From positions 1-34,400 of the forward strand of contig CATISE010000078.1 of the NCBI GenBank assembly GCA_949538655.1: a stretch of DNA of 34,400 nucleotides, written 5' to 3'. How positions within the stretch are numbered: position 1 is the stretch's first letter; the number at the start of each line of letters is the position of its first letter. Below are positions 1 through 7,296 of this stretch, in pieces. This DNA is from Marine Group II euryarchaeote MED-G33. GTDB lineage: Archaea > Thermoplasmatota > Poseidoniia > Poseidoniales > Thalassarchaeaceae. Under the pieces are notes generated by a model. The model had not been told where the DNA came from and did not search any database. It worked only from the letters and a program-made list of their open reading frames with translations. The position numbers were made by a program, and so were the translations under genes.

Positions 1-1
1 C

Positions 2-175
2 ACAATAGCCAGAATGGGTGATGCCTGTCCAACTTGGGAAGGAGTTTTACCAACTCAAGAGATTAACCTAAACAATGAATCATCAGGAGGTAGTTCCAAC
101 CTAAGTAGTTCATTTTCCATGTCACTTTCTGTGATTTCGGTGGTGATGGCTGCTGTGGTAATTCGTAAAGAATAA
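2..175 (+). CDS. 3' end of a secreted/surface protein with a C-terminal membrane anchor (partial, runs off the window)
   Basis: Frame from base 2 is open to TAA at 173-175: ...NNESSGGSSNLSSSFSMSLSVISVVMAAVVIRKE*. A Ser/Gly linker, hydrophobic helix and basic tail are typical of a C-terminal anchor or sorting segment. Not in the supplied ORF track. Confidence 0.7.
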   Translation, partial: TIARMGDACPTWEGVLPTQEINLNNESSGGSSNLSSSFSMSLSVISVVMAAVVIRKE

Positions 176-357
176 CAAGCAGAAAATGTATTGATTTATC
201 CAGATGGTATGGGATTAGACTCACAAAAGTGAACAAGTGGTTTACTTATGATCACGAGGGGTTATGCTAAACACCCTTGTACGCAATCAGTCTGTTAAAA
301 AGGGGTCGCAGTGCGTCCTATTCGTGCGTACCCATGCGTTCGTGGACCCTTTGACAA

Positions 358-1179
358 TCAAGCGATACGATCCACAGTCTCTGGTGTAATGGCTTCATCC
401 TTGGTAACACGGAATGAAATGGCTTTGAGATTCTCAGGTCCATTTCTGAACTTCCGAATAACCATCCGTGTTTCAAAATCGGTTCCAAGCATTCCAACTT
501 CGAATTCCATGACAATATCACAAATGGAACGCAACTCACGCTCCACCGATTTGTCAACCATGTCACTAGATACATTGAGCAAGAGAATACCTCTGTGCAA
601 TTGCGCATGTGCTTGAATCATTCGCAGCATCGAGATGACTCGAGATGGTTCATTTCTAGCGAAGAAAAAGTCGAGGTTATCGATTGCAGCTCGGAAGTAA
701 GTGGGCATAGAGGTCATCTGACTTGTGAGATCGGTTAGATAATCGTGGATGTCATTATCGACGAATCTGGTTTGTGCAAGTCTCTGAATGTCTTGCATTG
801 TAAAACCCTCAAGCCTGTAACGACTGGCTCGTAAATCACGTTCCAAGACATTGCGGTTGTATTCTTCACCCATGGTGCGTACCATGATGTCAGTGGGCCA
901 ATCATATCGACGGAATAGTGAAAGAATTTCAGCTTGACTTTCAGCCGTGGAAATCAGCAATGTCTTTTCGGCATCTTCAGCAACCGATACAAATTGTTTC
1001 CCAAACAAATCCATTCCTGCACCTTGGTTTCCAATGGCCAGCAGTGTAAATCCACGTGGAATGCTGCCTTCATTGAGTGGACTACCAGTCAAGATTGCAT
1101 CGAATTTGGGTGAGCCAATACTTGCCATGTCACCATAGAACTCTTCATCATCGGCATCAAATCGAACAGTTGTTGTCAT
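358..1179 (-). CDS. KaiC/RAD55-like RecA-superfamily ATPase with a degenerate Walker A
   Basis: IGSPKFDAIL...GSIPRGFTLLAIGNQGAGMDLF (Lys of GK[ST] replaced by Met), Walker-B-like RAAIDNLD, SICDIVMEF, and the arginine-finger region IRKFRNG. Start moved from 1194 to ATG 1179 because GAGGTG (1185-1190) lies just upstream of it. Confidence 0.85.
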   Translation of the reverse strand: MTTTVRFDADDEEFYGDMASIGSPKFDAILTGSPLNEGSIPRGFTLLAIGNQGAGMDLFGKQFVSVAEDAEKTLLISTAESQAEILSLFRRYDWPTDIMVRTMGEEYNRNVLERDLRASRYRLEGFTMQDIQRLAQTRFVDNDIHDYLTDLTSQMTSMPTYFRAAIDNLDFFFARNEPSRVISMLRMIQAHAQLHRGILLLNVSSDMVDKSVERELRSICDIVMEFEVGMLGTDFETRMVIRKFRNGPENLKAISFRVTKDEAITPETVDRIA

Positions 1180-1190
1180 ATCAGCACCTC

Positions 1191-1778
1191 TCAATGGATT
1201 ACGACCTGCCCACGGTCAATCAGGTCGGTGCAATACAGATCTAAATTTGCAAGCACACCTGGTGGTGTTTGGTCTGGAACGTTAACGATCGCCGTTAGCA
1301 CCTCACGTGCGCGAAACGTGTTGATGAATGTGTGAAGATATTCTGCCAGCATTCTCTTTTCATTGTAAATTGATAGTGCATTGACTGAATCAAGAATTAC
1401 GAAATTACCGGTTTCAGTGTATTCACCCAAGTGGTATAATGTCTGCAGCATGATTGACTCTAGCATGATTGGACTGTCTACAAATCGAACATTTGGATAG
1501 GGTATATTTGTGCCACCGATGAAACCACTTGACACCGTATCGATGAATTGAATTCCACTAGGGTCAACCCCAATTTGCTCAAGTGTTTGAATGACTTCTG
1601 TAGCGCTGCGAGATGCACAGATGTAGACACCTCTCATTTCAAAGCCCTGAATCAAAGGTTGCAACAATGAGGCGATAATCAACTCGGAATTACTCGTGCC
1701 GACACGAACCTGAATTGCTGATGAAGGTGTGGCTTCTTCAGCCAATTGCTGAGCGATACCTGTGTCCAATTCAATCAT
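1191..1778 (-). CDS. Inactive RecA/KaiC-fold protein (DUF835-like), KaiC-associated
   Basis: GVYICASRS, IQFIDTVS and FVILDSVNALSIYN resemble the strand/Walker-B elements of degenerate KaiC-fold proteins, with no Walker A. The start overlaps the upstream stop (ATGATTGA, 1771-1778). Confidence 0.65.
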   Translation of the reverse strand: MIELDTGIAQQLAEEATPSSAIQVRVGTSNSELIIASLLQPLIQGFEMRGVYICASRSATEVIQTLEQIGVDPSGIQFIDTVSSGFIGGTNIPYPNVRFVDSPIMLESIMLQTLYHLGEYTETGNFVILDSVNALSIYNEKRMLAEYLHTFINTFRAREVLTAIVNVPDQTPPGVLANLDLYCTDLIDRGQVVIH

Positions 1779-2619
1779 TCACAGCACCCCACTTCAACAT
1801 CGGCGTGAGCATCACACCCTTCGGTGTCAACTCTAAGGCATATTTCGCTCGTGCGTGAGATGTCCCTCTCATTTTTACGACCTGAACAAATCGTAGAAGA
1901 TGCCCCATTCGCTCAACGTCTCCGAGCACGATGATACCATCGAGAATGGCTTCTTCAACACCGAATGATGACCAGTATGCCTTGGCACCTGAAGATGTAA
2001 TTTCTGAGACGAGCAATGCAGTACAACCGAGTGTAGCAAGTGCTTTTCCAAGTTTGAACAAGAAGTCACGAATCAATTGCTCACTTGGGATTTTGTAGCA
2101 CAACGTTGTGACTGAATCAATTACCAATCGAGTTACACCAATCGTGTTGACGATATCTGTAATCGACTTGACCATGGCGTCGATATCTGACAATTCAAAC
2201 GTCGACTTCGTCATCCCTAGCCAAGAGAACAGGACGTCCATGTCGAATACGTTGATCAAACCTTGATCCACCAGTTGCATGTCGAAAAAGTCGAATTGAC
2301 GGACGTTCTCAAGAAGTTTGACAGAGGGCTCCGTCGCAGAAAAATGGGCGCAAGCTTCTCCATTGCTTGCACCATTCACCAGGAATTCCATGCACATTGT
2401 TGTCTTGCCTGAACCACAGGTTCCGGCGACAAGAACGGTGGAACCGTAAGGGATTCCACCTCGCAAAATCTCATCCAACCCAGGAATTCCTGTGACACAC
2501 CTGTCACGCTGGTACTGGGGGGTCGGCATCATGGGAACAGTCCGCGATTCAACAGGCTGTAGATAAGCCGATTGACTCAGAGGTGCCGAATTCACCCCAA
2601 CTGACGAGTTTCTTACCAA
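1771..2619 (-). CDS. KaiC-like single-domain ATPase (RAD55/KaiC family)
   Basis: RCVTGIPGLDEILRGGIP, intact Walker A GTCGSGKT, Walker B RLVIDS, GVEEAILDGII, VVKMRGT. The start codon is uncertain (TTG 2619 or a downstream GTG/ATG). Confidence 0.92.
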   Translation of the reverse strand: MVRNSSVGVNSAPLSQSAYLQPVESRTVPMMPTPQYQRDRCVTGIPGLDEILRGGIPYGSTVLVAGTCGSGKTTMCMEFLVNGASNGEACAHFSATEPSVKLLENVRQFDFFDMQLVDQGLINVFDMDVLFSWLGMTKSTFELSDIDAMVKSITDIVNTIGVTRLVIDSVTTLCYKIPSEQLIRDFLFKLGKALATLGCTALLVSEITSSGAKAYWSSFGVEEAILDGIIVLGDVERMGHLLRFVQVVKMRGTSHARAKYALELTPKGVMLTPMLKWGAVND

Positions 2620-3692
2620 CCGGGTGTACCGCCGTCAACAGCGGTCCAATTTGTCAAACTGCTCGGTGAGCCACCAAGGTTGTAGGTCATTGAGTGATTT
2701 GCCTGGATGTTCCACGTATTATCCCAAGTAATGACAATTACATCATACGTCAATACAGTACCAGGCCGAGTCCAACCAAGTGTGATGGAATCTCCCTCGG
2801 CAGCCAATGTATCGATTGTACCAGTTCCAAGCACACCACTAGATGCTAAATCAATCATTGGGACATTGTAGGGGTTGTACTGTGTGGCTGAATTGCCAGT
2901 GCAAATAACGCGTCCACCGGCAGCTACGGCTCCATCCTGAATCAACTCAAATGCTCCCGGCCGGGACATGCTCCATCCAGAAAGGTTCATCGCAAATCCA
3001 TCAGGGTTTTCCAATTCAATCCACTCTGGTGGACCGTTCAATGGGTCGGCCATAAATTCAGTAATTCTGAGTCCCGATGGCTCCCGTCCCGCATTGTGTA
3101 CTTCCAATGTTACGCGCACAGAATCATCACCTAGATGCATTACACGACTCGCAGTGGCACCTTGCGTTGCGCCGGAGCGGTGAGACCCGTCTGAGAAGAC
3201 AATTTCACCAATGCTTGATTCGTCAGCACTTTGTACGATTATAATCGTTAGATTGATACTCAATCCTTCATCGATTCCAAGGCCATGAATGAGACGATCT
3301 TCTGTCACATTCCCGAGTGCTGAAATCCGATTCAAATCAAGATGCCCATCGCCATCCCCGATTGCGGGCAATAGATCAGCAGTGAGCAATGTACTGGCGT
3401 TGTATACATGCCAATCATCGGTTGAATTTTCGATATCACGGATTCCAGCGTCCCTTAACACAACATGGCCCTTAGAATCTGTCAATCTTTCGAGACTATC
3501 GATGGCCATTTTATCCAGTCGATCTGTGTCGGCCACATTGCTCCCCAGTTTCAGCTGGCTAAGGGCAAGAAAAGCACTGACGATGACCAAGAAAAGCACG
3601 AACGCGGAGAGGAATTCAACCACTGCCGTCAAGCCTCTCTCGTCGCGCACTTTTCGTGCGCTCGCGACCGCGTTCCCGCCCCGCCTCATCAT
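2613..3692 (-). CDS. Pilin-like (putative class III signal peptide) protein with a C-terminal lamin-tail domain (LTD)
   Basis: N-terminal RDERG|LTAVVEFLSAFVLFLVIVSAFLAL: a charged leader ending in RG, then a hydrophobic helix with an early Glu. LRITEFMADP...EWIELEN...NLSGWSM and the C-terminal GTPG are LTD hallmarks. Confidence 0.75.
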   Translation of the reverse strand: MMRRGGNAVASARKVRDERGLTAVVEFLSAFVLFLVIVSAFLALSQLKLGSNVADTDRLDKMAIDSLERLTDSKGHVVLRDAGIRDIENSTDDWHVYNASTLLTADLLPAIGDGDGHLDLNRISALGNVTEDRLIHGLGIDEGLSINLTIIIVQSADESSIGEIVFSDGSHRSGATQGATASRVMHLGDDSVRVTLEVHNAGREPSGLRITEFMADPLNGPPEWIELENPDGFAMNLSGWSMSRPGAFELIQDGAVAAGGRVICTGNSATQYNPYNVPMIDLASSGVLGTGTIDTLAAEGDSITLGWTRPGTVLTYDVIVITWDNTWNIQANHSMTYNLGGSPSSLTNWTAVDGGTPGW

Positions 3693-3779
3693 GCTGCCAT
3701 AATGGTCGCATCCATCAACCCTGTGGCTAGATTCGTAGTGTCGTACAATCCTTCTGTTGCAGTGTCAGTTCGCCGAGGG

Positions 3780-3787
3780 GTATTTAC
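3780..3787 (+). promoter_or_regulatory. Putative TATA box for the 3812 gene
   Basis: GTATTTAC about 25-32 nt upstream of ATG 3812, the spacing expected for a leaderless archaeal transcript. Confidence 0.45.
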
Positions 3788-3811
3788 GGGCCGTTTGTGG
3801 TCGTCGGTTCA

Positions 3812-6800
3812 ATGGGTTCAGTCCAGCGCGCCCTACGGGCGCGGAAGCAGCACCGTGCGAGCGGCTTGGTTTTGCTGATGATTTTCAGCTCTCTAGCGGC
3901 ATTTTTGGCACCCGTTCAAGCCAGTATTGCCACAGACGATTTGGCGATTGTGTCAGCGATTGAACCTCAACCGGAGATTCATTATGACTCCGACGACCTA
4001 ATCGATTGGACGCCCAGTGTTTTGATTGAAAATCAATATAATTTCAATGCCGTGGCTCGTACAATCGATCTCGAGATTTGTGGTGGTGATCACACCGGAC
4101 TTGCTACCTGCCCGGCTCAACATATTGTGAAAGAAGCATCCGCACAATCTCCAAATCTCAATCGCTCAGGAGTCGATGGTGATTCAGCAATTGTTTCCTT
4201 TTGGTCGTTCTTGTGGTTCGTAGACGCGGGAGATATTTCGACGTATTCTGGCGTTTTCACAGTCATGTTCCATTTTGCGATTGAAGACAGCAACGCTGCC
4301 AATGACCACCTTCGATATACAGTAACAATCGAAGAGGACTTGGTCGATTTGATCGCCAATGATCATGATGTTGACACATCAGTGGTATACAATAGTGGTA
4401 CTCCGATTCCTGCCAATCTCGATGTGCGTAGCCGTTCATGGCCGCAAGGTCAAAGCTTCTACACCCATTGGTCGATGCATTTGATCAGCCCATTGGTTGC
4501 TGAATCCCAAGATTGTGTTGATTGGGATATGAATTTCACAGGTATAGGTGACGCGGATGGTTCGGGTGAATTGATTATTCACACTGCAAATCACTATAAT
4601 TCAACCTCGAGTATTCACTACACCCCGTTCGATATCGAAGTTATGCTCACCAATAACTCAAACAAACTCCTAGGCAACATTGCAGTCACAGGAACCGAAT
4701 GGGGCGTTAATCATGATGTCGAAGTTACTGCTTCAGTGAACGGAACAGAGGTATACACCGAAAATTGGCTATTCGTTGGTGATGGAACAGTCCAGACCCA
4801 GCAATACAATACCGATCTCGAAAATGGTACGCTTTGCTTCACAGTCAAGATGACTGTAGATGAAATGCAAGTTGCTGAAGACAATCATGAGGTGACCGGT
4901 TTTGATGGGACATACAATTCCCAAATGATTCCATTGCCCGACATCATCGCGCCTTTCGCTGATGATTTTGAAGTTCGCGCATGGGTGAATGGGACTCAAT
5001 TGGACCCTAATTTATACAATGATATGATTGTCTTTGATCTCACAGTTAACGATACCACCGATGTATGGATTCGCGAAGTTGTCCCAGCACGTGGCACCAC
5101 TACGTATGTTTTCCAGGGAGGGGAGTATCTCGTCCGGTTCCCTTACGGCGAACAGTCGATTCGTGTTGTATCTGGAAATATTGGTTGGGTGACTGCAACC
5201 TCGACAGTCGAAGTGAATCTCTACAATTTGGTTACCAATGAATTTGCTGCGGGCCCCTATACCTGCGAAGTTACACTAATGCCTGGGGAAGAAACCAATT
5301 GTGATTTTGATTTCTCTTCAACAGGACTCTACACCCTCAATGCATCGATTACAACCACCGATGGTAACATCGATTCTCTACCCAGTGACAACTGGTTCGA
5401 GCAAGCGATCATCATTGATTTTGGAGCGATTAATCCAACAATTGCAAACCCTTCACCAACGGATGTTTTCGAAACCGGACAAAATATTCTCGCTGTTGCT
5501 GCAGTCGACCCACAGGCTCCAATGCCGTTAAATTACACATGGAGGATGAATTTCATGGAGATTTTGGGCTATGGGGCAGTCACCAATGTCACATTGCCCA
5601 TGGGCGAGTGGGTTCTAACCCTATATGTGACAGATGAAGCTGGAAATCTTGAAATCGCCACACAAAACATTCGTATTCTCAACAGAGTTGAATTGCAATC
5701 GATGCCTTACGTCACAGATGGTGTAGCGATTTCTACCTACTCAATGGAACTCGATTTCGATCCACCTCAATTGCCTCCGCCTGGAGTTTTCTATCCATCT
5801 GCATACAACAAAGGAATGGAGCCATTGGCCCTCTTCAACTTGACAATGGAATCCCCCTATGGTGTCGACATTAATGTAGACAGTATCGAAGCGTGGATTG
5901 ATTTGGACCAATTCCTCCCATCTTCAATCAATCAATCAACAGTCGAATTGTTGCGCTTATCAAATTGGTCCTCAACAGTCACAAATGAATTGGATGGTGC
6001 TGAGAGTTTTACCGTTTACAACAACGGTAGCCTACACATGACGTTGACCATGCACAATGGGGGCTCGTTCATGATTATTGGAGATCTAAGCCCCGTTGAA
6101 GTCAATCCTGCAAATTTGACCATGGTGCTCCAAAAAGATGGCCAAGTTCAACTGGAATGGGAAAATGAAGGAGATGTCGAGAATCCTTATTTCGGTGGCT
6201 GGAAGATTTTCAGAAAAGACACATTCCGATTTATTTTCCCGTATGATTCAGCTTCACACTTCGATGCATCAACCGGAGGTTATGCAATTACAGAAGTCTC
6301 GAGCGACACACAATCTTGGCAAGACCCCAATTTCTGGGAAGAAGGAACTTGCCTGTCCTATCTTGTGATGTCTCATAATCGTGCTGGGATGATTGATTGG
6401 CGGTTCGGAAACGTATCGAATGCGGTGTGGGATTCTGTGCAAGAACGCATGGTTGTCGACGAAGTTTGTGTCGATGATTCAGATCCTGGGACCACAGTAC
6501 AGAGCATGGATGCAATAGCCACCTTCGACAATAATTCCAAGCGCCACACGATTCATGTTAGTTGGACATGGCCCGAAATTGATGATGAAGGGCCATTGGC
6601 CTGGAATCTCTATCGCTCTCAAGTTGTACTACCGAGCGTCACTTACATGGAACCACTCGTCATTGGATTGCAGGGCACACCAGGTGAGACAGAATGGTTC
6701 AATGAATCAGAAAGTGGATTGCGTGAATCAATCAAGGTAGAGCAATTCTACTACTATGTGTTGGTCCCATTTGATGCGGTTGGGAACAGCGACTATCTTG

Positions 6801-7165
6801 TCCGGGATGCCAATGCGGTAGAAATCGAATTAGATGACATGTTCTGGGATTATCCTCACAATCAACCTCCGATTGAAGGTTGTAGGGACAGTAGTGCTGA
6901 AAATTACGATTCTGAAGCATTGATCGAAGATGGCTCGTGTACTTATCCCTGGGATGGCCGTCTTCAGAATGATCTCAAATCAGGAGCATTCCAGCAGGCA
7001 GGAATTGTTTGTCTTGCCTTGGGTGTGATGAATATGCTGATGATTCCTATGCTCATTAACAAGTTCAAGGAACAGAAGGTCAAACTCAAGCGAAAGCGTG
7101 CCAGGCAAAAGCGACTTTCTGGTGTTGAAGACTTCGCTGACGATTTAGAGGACTTCTTCGATTGA
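3812..7165 (+). CDS. Large acidic cell-surface protein (signal peptide, CARDB/Ig-like, PKD-like and FN3-like modules, C-terminal TM)
   Basis: Signal peptide (..RASGLVLLMIFSSLAAFLAPVQA). CARDB-like DxNxxN motifs (DSNAAND, DPNLYND, DSLPSDN). PKD-like NYTWRM...LTLYVTDEAGN. FN3-like VQLEWEN and YYYVLVPFDAVGN. TM helix GIVCLALGVMNMLMIPMLI followed by a basic cytoplasmic tail. ATG 3812 preferred over GTG 3797. Confidence 0.85.
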   Translation: MGSVQRALRARKQHRASGLVLLMIFSSLAAFLAPVQASIATDDLAIVSAIEPQPEIHYDSDDLIDWTPSVLIENQYNFNAVARTIDLEICGGDHTGLATCPAQHIVKEASAQSPNLNRSGVDGDSAIVSFWSFLWFVDAGDISTYSGVFTVMFHFAIEDSNAANDHLRYTVTIEEDLVDLIANDHDVDTSVVYNSGTPIPANLDVRSRSWPQGQSFYTHWSMHLISPLVAESQDCVDWDMNFTGIGDADGSGELIIHTANHYNSTSSIHYTPFDIEVMLTNNSNKLLGNIAVTGTEWGVNHDVEVTASVNGTEVYTENWLFVGDGTVQTQQYNTDLENGTLCFTVKMTVDEMQVAEDNHEVTGFDGTYNSQMIPLPDIIAPFADDFEVRAWVNGTQLDPNLYNDMIVFDLTVNDTTDVWIREVVPARGTTTYVFQGGEYLVRFPYGEQSIRVVSGNIGWVTATSTVEVNLYNLVTNEFAAGPYTCEVTLMPGEETNCDFDFSSTGLYTLNASITTTDGNIDSLPSDNWFEQAIIIDFGAINPTIANPSPTDVFETGQNILAVAAVDPQAPMPLNYTWRMNFMEILGYGAVTNVTLPMGEWVLTLYVTDEAGNLEIATQNIRILNRVELQSMPYVTDGVAISTYSMELDFDPPQLPPPGVFYPSAYNKGMEPLALFNLTMESPYGVDINVDSIEAWIDLDQFLPSSINQSTVELLRLSNWSSTVTNELDGAESFTVYNNGSLHMTLTMHNGGSFMIIGDLSPVEVNPANLTMVLQKDGQVQLEWENEGDVENPYFGGWKIFRKDTFRFIFPYDSASHFDASTGGYAITEVSSDTQSWQDPNFWEEGTCLSYLVMSHNRAGMIDWRFGNVSNAVWDSVQERMVVDEVCVDDSDPGTTVQSMDAIATFDNNSKRHTIHVSWTWPEIDDEGPLAWNLYRSQVVLPSVTYMEPLVIGLQGTPGETEWFNESESGLRESIKVEQFYYYVLVPFDAVGNSDYLVRDANAVEIELDDMFWDYPHNQPPIEGCRDSSAENYDSEALIEDGSCTYPWDGRLQNDLKSGAFQQAGIVCLALGVMNMLMIPMLINKFKEQKVKLKRKRARQKRLSGVEDFADDLEDFFD

Positions 7166-7251
7166 TGGCGCGACGTGGGAGATTTGAACTCCCGTGGGTG
7201 AACCCACTGGTTTAGCAAACCAGCGCAATGGCCAGACTATGCGAACGTCGC
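7166..7251 (-). tRNA. tRNA-Ser(GCT), encoded CCA, no intron
   Basis: Reverse complement GCGACGT...CTGGT-TTGCTAA-ACCAG-TGGGTTCACCCA-CGGGAGTTCAAATCTCCC-ACGTCGC-G-CCA: 7-bp acceptor stem, GCT anticodon, long variable arm, G discriminator. Confidence 0.97.
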
Positions 7252-7275
7252 AGTGGCCGCACGACCAGCATTTTT

Positions 7276-7282
7276 CATTTAA
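7276..7282 (-). promoter_or_regulatory. Putative TATA box of tRNA-Ser
   Basis: TTAAATG on the minus strand, 25-31 nt upstream of the tRNA 5' end. Confidence 0.5.
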
Positions 7283-7296
7283 GCCGAGTGGTTTAC

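Noticed and set aside
257-269. Minus-strand TAGCATAACCCCT matches the start of the T7 terminator found in cloning vectors
   Set aside because: Only 13 nt match and the rest of the T7 terminator is absent; most likely chance, not vector contamination.
358-2619. A true circadian kaiABC clock
   Set aside because: The proteins are single-domain, the active copy lacks the S/T phosphosite pair, and no kaiA or kaiB is in the window.
1771-2619. radA/radB recombinase or arlH (flaH) call
   Set aside because: No N-terminal HhH domain of RadA; the motifs (GVEE..D, KMRG) are KaiC-like; no archaellum genes are adjacent.
7166-7251. tRNA-Ser (or tRNA-Glu at 23255-23329) as an integration site of a genomic island
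   Set aside because: No integrase, no duplicated tRNA 3' end noticed, and the flanking genes look like core or envelope genes.
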